DNA of 64,000 bases from a virus, in IMG/VR virus record IMGVR_UViG_3300046370_000202, one strand, 5' to 3'. Position 1 is the first letter of the stretch; each line of letters begins with the position of its first letter. This document shows positions 1 through 9,618 of the stretch, piece after piece. The notes under the pieces were generated by a model. The model was not told the origin of the DNA. It searched no databases and saw nothing but the letters and a program-made list of their open reading frames with translations. The position numbers were made by a program, and so were the translations under genes.

Positions 1-599
1 TCGCCGGAGTAACACCAGTCTTCCCAGTTCATAAACTCCTCACGCGCACGTAGGCGCGCCTCACGCGTCCAGAGAACGACCCCTGTATTCATAATCATTA
101 GTTTAGAAGGTTTGTTAGGCGGCATTACAGGGACAATGGGACAGTCATGCATCTCGAACTTACGACAGAAATCTCTGTAGGTAGAATCTTTGTAATCCCA
201 CGAGTTGTACCCACCACCCGATGCAGTAACAAAGTCTGATTCTAGGACACCATAGACATCGGCACCAGACTCCATTACGTCAAATATGTTTTCTTCGGTA
301 TTGACCACGATGTCTGTATCTGCAAATAACAGATTGTCATAGTCATCAAAGATAGGATCTAGCCAGACACGAGCGCACTCGTGTAGTAGAGAAGTAGAAC
401 AACCGTGCCCTTTGGTAACGACACGTTCGTCTGAATAGAAGTGAGTTGCGCCTATTTTATCGGCATAGTCCTCAAAAGACTCTCGCGAGATTCGTGCGAC
501 TTCTTGGTAGAGATCAGAACGATTCCAATCTCCGATGCGGCCTCGTTTATCGACCGCCTCCGTAACAATCATATATTGAAAGATGGCGTTTCGGGACAT
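1..599 (-). CDS. GT-A fold glycosyltransferase (partial, runs off window start)
   Basis: Manual translation MSRNAIFQYMIV...LLFADTDIVV...MNTGVVLW; DxD and NxGV motifs; not in ORF track because truncated. Confidence 0.65.
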   Translation of the reverse strand, partial: MSRNAIFQYMIVTEAVDKRGRIGDWNRSDLYQEVARISRESFEDYADKIGATHFYSDERVVTKGHGCSTSLLHECARVWLDPIFDDYDNLLFADTDIVVNTEENIFDVMESGADVYGVLESDFVTASGGGYNSWDYKDSTYRDFCRKFEMHDCPIVPVMPPNKPSKLMIMNTGVVLWTREARLRAREEFMNWEDWCYSG

Positions 600-1035
600 T
601 TTCTAACCTCGTCATAAGTCGTTCAGCACGATTGCTTACTTGACGGTACCATAATGAATCACGACCTTCAGCGGCCGCGGTTTCCCAGTCATCTCTATAT
701 AGAGCTGCCTGCATCTTCTTGAACTTGGACAACCGTGGTCGCCCAAGGTTGAACATCATATTAACCAGTATCTGCTTGACTTCGTCTGGAAACTTATGCC
801 ACCCGTTTCCGTATAACACAGTGCATTCTGCGAGTGCGGTGTTAAGGTCGGATTCGAAAGCTTCGGCGACTCTTTCTTCGGATACTTTAGTTCCGATTGG
901 GTATCCATGCTCGGGGTCACTCTCTGTGATGAGATGTCCAACACCGAACGTGGGATAGTTGAGATGGTCGAGGTAAATCTCATAGACAACTCCTTCGTCA
1001 ATCTTTAGTTGTTCAAATACAGCATTACGATTCAT
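547..1035 (-). CDS. e: T4-type lysozyme/endolysin (GH24)
   Basis: DEG..Y.D...YPT.GVGHL catalytic E/D/T pattern, NM.FNLG, SLWYRQ..NRA.R. Confidence 0.9.
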   Translation of the reverse strand: MNRNAVFEQLKIDEGVVYEIYLDHLNYPTFGVGHLITESDPEHGYPIGTKVSEERVAEAFESDLNTALAECTVLYGNGWHKFPDEVKQILVNMMFNLGRPRLSKFKKMQAALYRDDWETAAAEGRDSLWYRQVSNRAERLMTRLENVPKRHLSIYDCYGGGR

Positions 1036-1052
1036 GTTGTATTATACTCCAA

Positions 1053-1244
1053 TTAAAGTTTGATTGCAAGCGTTACGAGAATTGCACATAGTAAAATATT
1101 AGTCATCAACAATTCTAATGCCAAAATAGTATGGTACCAGATCCATCGAGTCTTGTAGGCATTATCTACAGAGATGTCTTCAGGATCTGGACCATTGTCT
1201 ATCTTGCTTACTTTATTGAATCGTAACCAAGATAAGAGTTTCAT
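1053..1244 (-). CDS. small membrane protein
   Basis: 63 aa, C-terminal hydrophobic helix, directly upstream of lysozyme. Confidence 0.6.
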   Translation of the reverse strand: MKLLSWLRFNKVSKIDNGPDPEDISVDNAYKTRWIWYHTILALELLMTNILLCAILVTLAIKL

Positions 1245-1246
1245 AT

Positions 1247-2890
1247 TTATGAACCGTCTGAGTCAGCAGGAGCTGGTCCGGCAGAAAGGGTTGCTAAATT
1301 ATCAGCAAATTTATCCGACAATAACATACTTGTAGAATATCTTTGGAATATATTTCCGCCTGAGAATTGTTGGTACTGCATTGGTTCGTTGTATTCTTGA
1401 ACAGCGCCATGAGAAATCATTTCTATCTTGTTCTCATCAAAATATCTATAAATCGTATACAACAGATTGTATGCATAACCAGTAGACATGCTGTTGCTTT
1501 GGACGTCGGTCCAACTGAACACGATAAAATGTTCTTCATCTAACCACATAGATTGTAAAGACTCATTAGGAGCCTTGTACGAATCAGTTCTGTGAGTATT
1601 CCAAGCATTAAGGTATTCCGTGCTTGTAAATTGCTGTGGGGAACCCGAACTAATACCCTGAACTTGTTGTTCTCTTCCCCCAACAAACATCCATGTTTTG
1701 AATGTACGAGAATTTTCAACACCATTAAATGTAGAAATGTCCTTATCTACTTCGGCAGCATAATCGCTTACTGTCATAGTGTTTAGTGGTAACCAAACAC
1801 CAAAATCTTCTCTACTGCCTGGTAAAGATTGGTCATCACATCTTCGGCCTGTTAGTCCCCAAGAACCATCAGACGGATTGTACGTAATGAAGTATTCATT
1901 ATATGACATATTTGCGTTAAAGTTGGACCAATAGTGACTACCCTGCGTACCGGTGGATTCTTGAACTGCACCAAAGTGCAATAACCCGTCTCTACCAGTG
2001 ACAACGGACAACCACCTCATTGTATTTGCATTGCCTTGGTCGCCCGAATAATCTGAAGCGTGCCCATGCATCACCGGCCAGTTATCATAACTACTTACTA
2101 AATCTACATCAACATCAGATGGTCGCATAACTTGAAAGTTATTTTGATCTAATTCAGGCACAAAGGACCATGTGTCTCCATAACCACTATAATCCGCAGT
2201 TCGCCATGTAGACTGGGTTCTTATATGTGGACCTCTATAATTTGAACACACAATTCTATTGGTCAAAGATTTTGTTACTGGGTCCCAAGATCGTTCAACC
2301 AAAGATCCCCCTCCCCAAGTCCAATCAGAATTAGATTCATAAGTGAGAATTTTATTCTCTTCCAATTGATGCATAAATCGATGATGTATGCCATAACCTT
2401 GTTGATATGCACTACTGTTATAATTGTAAGCGCCACCCATCAAAAAATTAGGAATTTGTTGATCAAGGTCTGTTACGGATACCGTATTGCCATTAGACTC
2501 ATCAATTTCTATAATAAAATGTACACTGCCCTTATTGTTGGCGCTTCTAACCGTAGACGTAAGAACCTTCATATAGACAGCTGAAGAACTTAATCTACAC
2601 ATTTCTATATTACTTGTACGTGTTGTATATAAATTCTGTAATTGAGAATTAATAGCTTCGGAATATAATACTGTTTTTTCAGTAGGGGACTGTAAATCGT
2701 CCACCTCTGAAACTTCGACGAACCAATAATTTTCGTCTTCTTGCATTCGGATGCTGAATATCTTGCGGTCGTTATTTCCGCCGATCCAACACCACCCGAA
2801 CCCGTTGCTGTCGGCAACGTTGTTTCCAGAGGTGGAGCCGACATTACCGCTAGCATATGGAATGTTTACATCTATAATTGTTGTTGACAT
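1247..2890 (-). CDS. putative virion structural protein
   Basis: 547 aa S/N/G/W-rich beta-type composition; late promoter and AGGAG RBS upstream. Confidence 0.5.
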   Translation of the reverse strand: MSTTIIDVNIPYASGNVGSTSGNNVADSNGFGWCWIGGNNDRKIFSIRMQEDENYWFVEVSEVDDLQSPTEKTVLYSEAINSQLQNLYTTRTSNIEMCRLSSSAVYMKVLTSTVRSANNKGSVHFIIEIDESNGNTVSVTDLDQQIPNFLMGGAYNYNSSAYQQGYGIHHRFMHQLEENKILTYESNSDWTWGGGSLVERSWDPVTKSLTNRIVCSNYRGPHIRTQSTWRTADYSGYGDTWSFVPELDQNNFQVMRPSDVDVDLVSSYDNWPVMHGHASDYSGDQGNANTMRWLSVVTGRDGLLHFGAVQESTGTQGSHYWSNFNANMSYNEYFITYNPSDGSWGLTGRRCDDQSLPGSREDFGVWLPLNTMTVSDYAAEVDKDISTFNGVENSRTFKTWMFVGGREQQVQGISSGSPQQFTSTEYLNAWNTHRTDSYKAPNESLQSMWLDEEHFIVFSWTDVQSNSMSTGYAYNLLYTIYRYFDENKIEMISHGAVQEYNEPMQYQQFSGGNIFQRYSTSMLLSDKFADNLATLSAGPAPADSDGS

Positions 2891-2931
2891 TTTTAGATCT
2901 CTCCTAAAAATAAATTAAGTTAAGTTGGGAA

Positions 2932-2939
2932 TATTTATA
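2932..2939 (-). promoter_or_regulatory. T4-type late promoter TATAAATA
   Basis: Exact gp55 consensus upstream of 1247..2890. Confidence 0.75.
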
Positions 2940-2945
2940 AAACTT

Positions 2946-5216
2946 TTATTGCGTCTCTAGCAGTTTTCGCAAAACTAAAAGACCACCTTCGCCCTGTTGT
3001 CCAGAAGAACCACCTACACCGGCGTTATCTTTATAGTAAGTGTTTGTTAAGTGTGTTGTGGTAGAAGCGCTTATTAGGTCAGGCGAAACATATCCAGATC
3101 CACCACCCGCTGCTTTAGGAATATCTACAGTAGGAGGTTGTATATCATTTGACACCCATTGATACATTGATCCGCCCCACAAACCGCGATCGCCTTTGAC
3201 AAAATACATTATCACACCAGTGTTGATGGTGGGAGTATATACTGCTAGGTTGTCGTTTCCATATATGCTACAAGTAATGCTTCCAGTAAGGTATTGTTGG
3301 CTAACATTTTTAAGAATAGTATTAACGAAGAACCACTCACTGTTATTGCTTTGATTAGTGTGAGCTACCCTCATTTGTCCCCAAGATTCTGTTCTTGTAC
3401 TATTCGTAAGATTCGTACTGCCATCAGAACCCAAGTTGCCCCATGTACCAACAGAGAAGTTAAAGGTAGGATCATTGCATTCGACATCCAGTTTAAAGAT
3501 TCCTCGAACTGTCCAACCATGTTTTACGGTAAATGTTCTGCCATGATGGGTTTGTGTTTCTGTGTATATTACACCGTCGTTACCATTCATATTTGCAAAA
3601 CTAATATAAGAAGCCGAACTAGTTACAGGGTTGTAAATATAAAAATCTCCCCAATCATCAAACCAATCACCGCCCCAATCGCTCCACCTATACCTTGTTC
3701 CAGTAGGAGTTAGACCTCCATTCCAACCGCCACTATGATATCCATTTTGAATTGTTCGAGGCGATTGGGCGGACATGTCCTTACTAGGAGTGCCTGTATA
3801 TTGACTATACCCTTGACCACCTGTCAATCCTTTAGATTGTAAACTTGTACCATTTCCTTCTTTGACTGCAGCGCCACCGCCACCGTAGTAACCTCCGCCA
3901 CCGCCAGATGATTCTTCGCTTCCGCGGCCACCTTGTAGAGCAGAACCGGACAAAGCGGTTGGATCTCCAGCACCACCACCACTTACTTGTGTTCCACCAG
4001 CACCAATACCGCTGCTAGTTGTAGCCCAACCACCATGACCTCCGGTTGCGCCACCACCACCGCCGCCAGCTGATTCTGCTGAACCACCACCGCCGCCGCC
4101 TGCAATAATTAATGATGAGGCCTGACTGACCGAATTTACAAATATGCCAGTATATCCACCACCACCAGCACCATCATTAACTTCAGTAGTGTTTTGTTCT
4201 GTTCTTCCTCCGCCGGTTGAATACGCACCATATGCGTCGTTAACTACTGGGCTCTGAGAACCTCCTTCACCACCGCCGCCAACAACTACGTGATATTCTA
4301 CGTTTGGTTCAAACGTGTATACTCCGGTCGAGTATCCTCCTCGACCTCCTCGTTCGCTAGAAGACGATTTGCTTCCCCCAGCGCCAGCGCCCCATAAGTG
4401 CATCTCCATTACAGTCGGTTTATCAACTGTAAAACTTGTAGAGTGATATGCCATATCGGTTTCTGCGGCGCTCAGAGAGAAAGTTTCCCCTTCACCTACA
4501 TTATGAGAAGATTCTAAACTGCCTGAGAATGAAATCTGAGTATACTTCATGAACAGACGTGATGTAGTTCCATAGATACCGGACATAGATCCTAGAACCA
4601 CTTCATTGGCCCAGATACTGTCATTTGGTTCACTAGATGGGAACAGCCTTGTTCCGCCAGTGACTTCGGTACCGTCTAGAGTTAGTTTAGAGGTCTCGCT
4701 GTAAATATCTGAGATAGATCCTAGAACCACTTCATTGGCCCAGATACTGTCATTTGGTTCACTAGATGGGAACAGCCTTGTTCCGCCAGTGACTTCGGTA
4801 CCGTCTAGTAGAAGTTTAGATGTAGTTCCATAGATACCGGACATAGATCCTAGAACTACGTCATTGGCCCAGATACTGTCATTTGGTTCTTCGGACGGGA
4901 ACAGCCTTGTTCCGCCAGTAACTTCAGTACCGTCTAGTAGAAGTTTAGAGGTCTCGCTGTAAATATCTGAGATAGATCCTAGAACCACTTCATTGGCCCA
5001 GATACTGTCATTTGGTTCACTAGATGGGAATAGAATTGTTCCACCAGTGACTTCGGTACCGTCTATAACTAGTTTAGATGTAGTTCCATAAATATTGGAT
5101 ATAGAACCAAGGACCACAGGGTGATCCCACTGTGGTGGACGGACTTCTTCGACACCGTCCGAAGTAAGAGCGACATTACCACTAAGTACTGCGCCCGTTT
5201 TTAGTATTAGTCCCAT
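2946..5216 (-). CDS. virion fibre/adhesin-like protein with 43-aa repeats and glycine-rich domain
   Basis: WGAGAGG...GG.GGY...IIAGGGGG glycine-rich domain; N-terminal tandem repeats. Confidence 0.65.
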   Translation of the reverse strand: MGLILKTGAVLSGNVALTSDGVEEVRPPQWDHPVVLGSISNIYGTTSKLVIDGTEVTGGTILFPSSEPNDSIWANEVVLGSISDIYSETSKLLLDGTEVTGGTRLFPSEEPNDSIWANDVVLGSMSGIYGTTSKLLLDGTEVTGGTRLFPSSEPNDSIWANEVVLGSISDIYSETSKLTLDGTEVTGGTRLFPSSEPNDSIWANEVVLGSMSGIYGTTSRLFMKYTQISFSGSLESSHNVGEGETFSLSAAETDMAYHSTSFTVDKPTVMEMHLWGAGAGGSKSSSSERGGRGGYSTGVYTFEPNVEYHVVVGGGGEGGSQSPVVNDAYGAYSTGGGRTEQNTTEVNDGAGGGGYTGIFVNSVSQASSLIIAGGGGGGSAESAGGGGGGATGGHGGWATTSSGIGAGGTQVSGGGAGDPTALSGSALQGGRGSEESSGGGGGYYGGGGAAVKEGNGTSLQSKGLTGGQGYSQYTGTPSKDMSAQSPRTIQNGYHSGGWNGGLTPTGTRYRWSDWGGDWFDDWGDFYIYNPVTSSASYISFANMNGNDGVIYTETQTHHGRTFTVKHGWTVRGIFKLDVECNDPTFNFSVGTWGNLGSDGSTNLTNSTRTESWGQMRVAHTNQSNNSEWFFVNTILKNVSQQYLTGSITCSIYGNDNLAVYTPTINTGVIMYFVKGDRGLWGGSMYQWVSNDIQPPTVDIPKAAGGGSGYVSPDLISASTTTHLTNTYYKDNAGVGGSSGQQGEGGLLVLRKLLETQ
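4556..5118 (-). repeat. 129-bp (43-aa) coding tandem repeat, ~4.4 units
   Basis: cctagaac anchor at 4591, 4720, 4849, 4978. Confidence 0.9.
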
Positions 5217-5219
5217 TAC

Positions 5220-5462
5220 TTAAACCTTTATTGTGTTATCCTTACCGGATGATTTTTTTATGTTAGTTAAGTGATTTTCCCAATCCTTTCCAGCCATGGT
5301 CATTGCTGACTTGACACCAGAAACAATTTTGGGAGCAGAACCAGATGAGTGGTATCTTTCCCATTGCGGGTTATCTTTTTTCCACTCATCGTATTCGGAA
5401 ATCCGGAGAGACATTTCCATGACCTCTCCGGTCTCCACATTTTTAAATTCATATTGAGGCAT
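5220..5462 (-). CDS. FmdB-like small protein (Cys-less)
   Basis: MP.YEF....GE N-terminus typical of T4-like FmdB-family proteins. Confidence 0.55.
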   Translation of the reverse strand: MPQYEFKNVETGEVMEMSLRISEYDEWKKDNPQWERYHSSGSAPKIVSGVKSAMTMAGKDWENHLTNIKKSSGKDNTIKV

Positions 5463-5470
5463 TATTTATA
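5463..5470 (-). promoter_or_regulatory. late promoter TATAAATA
   Basis: Exact consensus, immediately adjacent to the start codon. Confidence 0.55.
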
Positions 5471-5533
5471 CATTCCAAATCTTTCAGTCACTACGACAAA
5501 GATCTCACACGTCTTTGAAGAGATGATCACCTC

Positions 5534-5689
5534 CTATCGAGAAAGTTGTTGAGTAGACGAATTACAATACAGTCTCGTTTGATAATACGTTAAATTACCT
5601 TGAGAGTATAGCGATTGTCGCCTTGCATCGTGAACGAACCTCTGAAGTTCGTTAATATCTTTGTTCAACTTTTCTTCTTGTCTCGACAT
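5534..5689 (-). CDS. hypothetical protein (51 aa)
   Basis: MSRQEEKLNKDINELQRF...; strong AGGAG RBS. Confidence 0.55.
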   Translation of the reverse strand: MSRQEEKLNKDINELQRFVHDARRQSLYSQGNLTYYQTRLYCNSSTQQLSR

Positions 5690-5727
5690 AGGATTCTCCT
5701 TAGATTATAGTTTAATTGTCGAAAAGA

Positions 5728-6159
5728 TTACTCGCGGATCAAATTTGGAAATGCCTCCTGTACAATTTTCTTGGTGATGTAACGGACAGGTGGTTTCTTT
5801 GCCACCATTTTTAAAACATACTCAGCATCCTCCGCGTGAACGGATTCTAGAAGCTGAATAAATTTATTCTCTCGTTTGTATGCGGGAAGCGTATCGCCTC
5901 GACCGCCTTCTACAAACCAACCAAACTCCTTGTGTTGTCTCAAAAGAGTAGACGGTGTAGATTTAGCTTTGTTTGGGGTAAAGGGGGGACGACCTTCGGG
6001 CAGATTAAACGTCAAGGAATCGTCAAACGTTCCGCGTAAAATATCCCGAAGGGCGCAGTTTTCTGTGTATTTTTTCAATACATCTAATCGATCTTCACGA
6101 GAGTCAGCTTTCTTGTACTCCTCAAAGATCTCAAAGACTTCTTTACGAATGGTGTTCAT
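5728..6159 (-). CDS. conserved T4-like hypothetical protein
   Basis: LPEG.PPF...RE..FIQLLES.H..DAE pattern typical of marine T4-like phages. Confidence 0.7.
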   Translation of the reverse strand: MNTIRKEVFEIFEEYKKADSREDRLDVLKKYTENCALRDILRGTFDDSLTFNLPEGRPPFTPNKAKSTPSTLLRQHKEFGWFVEGGRGDTLPAYKRENKFIQLLESVHAEDAEYVLKMVAKKPPVRYITKKIVQEAFPNLIRE

Positions 6160-6162
6160 ATC

Positions 6163-6432
6163 TTATGCCTTCTCAATTGGATAACAGACATAACGTTTTC
6201 TCTCAATGAGAATTTCTTGTTTCGTAGTACATGCAAACAAGAACTGTCTTAGTCCGATATCATACCTAATGATTGTATTGCGATCTTGACCAACCTTTCT
6301 CTCTAATTGAGCGATGCGATTGTTCTTCTGATCTAACACTTTTATATATTCATCTTGTATCTTAGCTGTGCCACCAATCCAGACCAAAGAGCACAGCAAG
6401 GCACTGAGTGCCGCTGTATATAAAGTGCGCAT
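6163..6432 (-). CDS. membrane-anchored coiled-coil protein
   Basis: N-terminal TM segment, coiled coil, late promoter at 6457-6464. Confidence 0.6.
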   Translation of the reverse strand: MRTLYTAALSALLCSLVWIGGTAKIQDEYIKVLDQKNNRIAQLERKVGQDRNTIIRYDIGLRQFLFACTTKQEILIERKRYVCYPIEKA

Positions 6433-6456
6433 TAGACTCTCTCCTTTGTCTATAAT

Positions 6457-6464
6457 TATTTATA
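6457..6464 (-). promoter_or_regulatory. late promoter TATAAATA
   Basis: Exact consensus. Confidence 0.7.
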
Positions 6465-6477
6465 GACGGAGAGGGTT

Positions 6478-6678
6478 TCATTCGGGTAGTTTGTCCACCT
6501 TTTTCTTAATAAATGTACGACCCTTGGTTGAAAAGAGTCGCGACTTAAATGGAATGAACTTACCACCCAACTCTTTTTGGTATCCGTGTAGATAGGTGTT
6601 GCGTTCGGACGCATAATAAATGTAGTTGGAAGCTGCACCGCCCCAGTCCGTTGTTTCAATCAGTTGGTTGTACATCAT
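6478..6678 (-). CDS. hypothetical protein
   Basis: ORF with RBS, co-oriented in operon. Confidence 0.6.
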   Translation of the reverse strand: MMYNQLIETTDWGGAASNYIYYASERNTYLHGYQKELGGKFIPFKSRLFSTKGRTFIKKKVDKLPE

Positions 6679-6871
6679 TCATTTCCTTTATCAGTTCAAT
6701 AGATTGAGAGAGACCATTGATCTCACCTTCACACAACATCCAAGAAGTTTTACGAGTACTTATTCTGGTACTCACTAAAGTTTCTTGATTGACAATGTCG
6801 ATTTGAGACTGAAAGTGTTTTACTTCTCTCAGTCTCTCCTCGAGTCGTGCCAGTAACAGATCTACGTTCAC
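6656..6871 (-). CDS. hypothetical protein
   Basis: GTG start overlapping upstream TGA (GTGA coupling). Confidence 0.55.
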   Translation of the reverse strand: MNVDLLLARLEERLREVKHFQSQIDIVNQETLVSTRISTRKTSWMLCEGEINGLSQSIELIKEMNDVQPTD

Positions 6872-7827
6872 GCAGCGACTGCCATCTCGACTGCGAGTTC
6901 TGCAGCCTTCTTCTTCTTGACACCGTTGGCACCGTACCATGCAGAAGTCATACGACCGTCAGCAGTACGACCCGCAACGTGGTCAGTTAAGTAGGTCACA
7001 GAGTTGAATGCTTGCCACCATGAACCGCGACCGAACTCAGCGCCTGGTTGAGTCTCCAACAACTCGTACGCCTTTTTCGCGTTAGGTGCGAGATCTTTGT
7101 ACTCACGTACCTCATCAGCAGGTGCCTGTGATGGGAACAAAGTGTTGTAGTAGTTGATCAACGACTCTGCGGTGAACTGCTTAGAAGACAGGAACTGTGC
7201 CATCTCTTTGTACTGGTCAAACTTCTCGTGGGCAAGACCCAAGTGTTGCTTGACCATCTGTGGGTCAAACGCACGTCGGTGATTCACCTTGATTCCGTTG
7301 TTCGCAGAACCCTTGAGTGCAAGTGTCAGAGTGTTCATACAAGTCACACGGATCGGGGTGAATCGGATGTCAATAGACTTACCGTACTCGTGTGGGTTAG
7401 AGAACAGAAGGTATGAATCAACTTGATCGCCCTTCAACACGTCAAACGACTCCTTGATCTTCGCGAGTGCGTAGACGAACTTGCCATCTTTGAGTGAACC
7501 CGCAGAGTTCATCTCCATGTCACCAGCGGCACAGTACTCGTTGAAGAATGTGAACGCCTCAAGGTTCTGACAGGGTTCCCAGTTACCACCAACTTGGGTC
7601 AATACCTTATTGTCAGATGAACGCACGAGGGCTTCCATACCAGTAGGGATCAGATCAACACCCTCTTTCGCGGCATAAGTAGGTACCTTCTCAACTTCCC
7701 AGTTGACGCCCGCCTTCTCCATCATCTGCACTGGAGTCAAATCATTAGATACGTTAGTACCGATACCCCAAGGGCAGTTTCCAACAGTAGCTGATGTCTC
7801 AATTTGTAATACGTTATTCAAACTCAT
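6868..7827 (-). CDS. DUF932/TIGR03299-like phage/plasmid protein
   Basis: PW.G.G, AG.NWEV, AGSL.DG, FTPIRV.C.NTL, G..W.AFN.VT...DH. Confidence 0.85.
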   Translation of the reverse strand: MSLNNVLQIETSATVGNCPWGIGTNVSNDLTPVQMMEKAGVNWEVEKVPTYAAKEGVDLIPTGMEALVRSSDNKVLTQVGGNWEPCQNLEAFTFFNEYCAAGDMEMNSAGSLKDGKFVYALAKIKESFDVLKGDQVDSYLLFSNPHEYGKSIDIRFTPIRVTCMNTLTLALKGSANNGIKVNHRRAFDPQMVKQHLGLAHEKFDQYKEMAQFLSSKQFTAESLINYYNTLFPSQAPADEVREYKDLAPNAKKAYELLETQPGAEFGRGSWWQAFNSVTYLTDHVAGRTADGRMTSAWYGANGVKKKKAAELAVEMAVAA

Positions 7828-7829
7828 AA

Positions 7830-8039
7830 TTAAATATCCTCTGGTCGATAGGTTTCAAATAGTTCTTTGGCCTCGGCTTCAAGACCAAGTTCAGCGAGAC
7901 GATCCATCGTCACACGAATGCGTTGGGACTCATCGCGTCCCTTCACGTAGTAACGATTGTCGTCAGAAAAGTGATAGAACCAATCGTGGTTCTGGAGCAT
8001 CTGTTCAAGAAGCTCTAACTGTACGTCGGTTTGACTCAT
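7830..8039 (-). CDS. hypothetical early protein
   Basis: HDW.Y.FSDD.R.Y..G motif; translational coupling. Confidence 0.65.
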   Translation of the reverse strand: MSQTDVQLELLEQMLQNHDWFYHFSDDNRYYVKGRDESQRIRVTMDRLAELGLEAEAKELFETYRPEDI

Positions 8040-8332
8040 TACGCAGCCTCCTTTCGTTCGCGAACGTCCAAGATCATGTCACGGACAATCTCACGGTCGA
8101 TGCTGTCACCGTCAAAGTCAAAAGACGGACGACCCTTGAATCGGTCGATCATACCTCCGCAAATCTCAGCGATAGTGAAGTCGTAACGGTAGATCGCGTC
8201 TTCACCGCAGTAGAACATCTGCATGTACTCGATGAAGTCGAGGACCTCGGCAACGGTCATTTCTGGATCGTTGGGTCGGAATGCACATCGGTAGTACTCA
8301 GTAACAGCGTGGATTTCTAAAATGTCAGTCAT
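8039..8332 (-). CDS. hypothetical early protein
   Basis: ORF after early promoter; FDGDS.DRE motif. Confidence 0.65.
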   Translation of the reverse strand: MTDILEIHAVTEYYRCAFRPNDPEMTVAEVLDFIEYMQMFYCGEDAIYRYDFTIAEICGGMIDRFKGRPSFDFDGDSIDREIVRDMILDVRERKEAA

Positions 8333-8368
8333 ATCAAATCTCTCTCTTGATCATCAAATTACGTGGTA

Positions 8369-8435
8369 ATTATAACACGATTTAAAAACATCTGTCAACA
8401 CATTTTAAAAAAAAGTTAATGTTAATTTTACACAT
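8369..8435 (-). promoter_or_regulatory. early promoter (TTGACA-N18-TATAAT) with conserved upstream A/T tract
   Basis: Sigma70 hexamers; upstream motif shared with 9411 and 34310 promoters. Confidence 0.75.
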
Positions 8436-8438
8436 TTT

Positions 8439-8621
8439 TTAGAAACGTCCGATCGGTTCAATTACGGCATCAACTATCTGGATTGTGTTGTTCTTCCAGT
8501 ACTTGTCATACACCACGCTTTCAAATCGTTTCTGTGCAAGTTCAAAAGACTTGTAGTAAGCCGCATTGAACGTGCACCCCCTCTTGTCTGTTAGGACTAT
8601 TTTGAATTTATTATTATGCAT
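8439..8621 (-). CDS. hypothetical protein
   Basis: AGGAG RBS. Confidence 0.6.
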   Translation of the reverse strand: MHNNKFKIVLTDKRGCTFNAAYYKSFELAQKRFESVVYDKYWKNNTIQIVDAVIEPIGRF

Positions 8622-8629
8622 AACTCTCC

Positions 8630-9145
8630 TTATGCCATCATTGCCTCAAGTTCGTCGAACTGTTCTTCGACACCATGCATGCCCATCTCTTTCTTGACGC
8701 GCCATTCCTCGCGGACAGCTTCGTCAAGGTTGGTAAGCGAACATGCGTCCTTACCCATAGAGTCCTGCTCCCAGCGACGGACACCGACAACCTCGTTTTC
8801 GAAGTTGAGCGCCTTCTGTTCGCAGTACAACTGACCGAAGTCTACCGACGCGTAGATCGCGGACTCCCAGAACTCGATGTGGTCTTCCTCACGGAAGTCG
8901 ATAAGATCGACAACCGACTCAGAAATGATGTACTCCTCAGAGTACTCAGATGAGTGTTGAATAGATCGCTCAACGTCGACCCACCACTGAGTGTTGGCGA
9001 CATCATCCGCCGACGCGTTGATGAAGTAGGTGTCGCCACCCTTAGACTTCCAGTGCTGAGGGCAGTAACCCTCACCGTTCCAATCGTGGGCACCGTAGTT
9101 CTCACGGAACTGAGTAGCGATAACAACAATGATTGAATTAGACAT
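8630..9145 (-). CDS. hypothetical early protein
   Basis: TQFRENYGAHDW.G.G.CPQ.WK.KGG motif; start re-called at MSNS after GAGG RBS. Confidence 0.7.
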   Translation of the reverse strand: MSNSIIVVIATQFRENYGAHDWNGEGYCPQHWKSKGGDTYFINASADDVANTQWWVDVERSIQHSSEYSEEYIISESVVDLIDFREEDHIEFWESAIYASVDFGQLYCEQKALNFENEVVGVRRWEQDSMGKDACSLTNLDEAVREEWRVKKEMGMHGVEEQFDELEAMMA

Positions 9146-9164
9146 AATAAAGACCTCTAAAAAT

Positions 9165-9380
9165 TTAGGCGTAAAAATCGTTACGGAAGCGGCGAGTCTG
9201 AGATTCAGCCTTCGCAAGAAGTTCAGACCAATCGCCAGTGTTCTCAGCGCGTTGAAGATCGCGATTCACCCAGCGACTCAAGTGTTGATTGGACTTCGCA
9301 TCCATTGCAGTGTTACCTCTCGCGCCAGACTTCATTGTCCGCTGAAAGGGTTGATTGTTCAACTGATAAAAACCTGACAT
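9165..9380 (-). CDS. hypothetical early protein
   Basis: GAGGAG RBS after early promoter. Confidence 0.6.
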   Translation of the reverse strand: MSGFYQLNNQPFQRTMKSGARGNTAMDAKSNQHLSRWVNRDLQRAENTGDWSELLAKAESQTRRFRNDFYA

Positions 9381-9410
9381 AACTTATCTCCTCATCACTT
9401 TACAAATACC

Positions 9411-9474
9411 ATTATACACGTTTTTGAAAGAAAGTCAACACTTTTTTAAAACTTTTTTATGTTAATTTTCACAC
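9411..9474 (-). promoter_or_regulatory. early promoter (TTGACT...TATAAT) with conserved upstream tract
   Basis: Same architecture as 8369-8435. Confidence 0.7.
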
Positions 9475-9618
9475 TCAAGTATAAAGTAAACCATAACCCA
9501 TCATAAATCCAAGAGCCATACCCATACTAACTAGAATCAAGTAAGCAACGAAACCGCCATTACTAATCTCTGGTTCTTTGTTTCTCTCGCGACGAACAAA
9601 ATCTCTATACGGACTCAT
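9475..9618 (-). CDS. small membrane protein (47 aa)
   Basis: Manual: MSPYRDFVRRERNKEPEISNGGFVAYLILVSMGMALGFMMGYGLLYT; ATGA coupling. Confidence 0.55.
   Translation of the reverse strand: MSPYRDFVRRERNKEPEISNGGFVAYLILVSMGMALGFMMGYGLLYT

Noticed and set aside
4556-5118. Possible CRISPR array
   Set aside because: In-frame 129-bp coding repeats without unique spacers
7703-8320. 205-aa plus-strand ORF and the many other plus-strand ORFs in the track
   Set aside because: They are antisense shadows of coupled minus-strand genes, with no RBS or recognisable motifs
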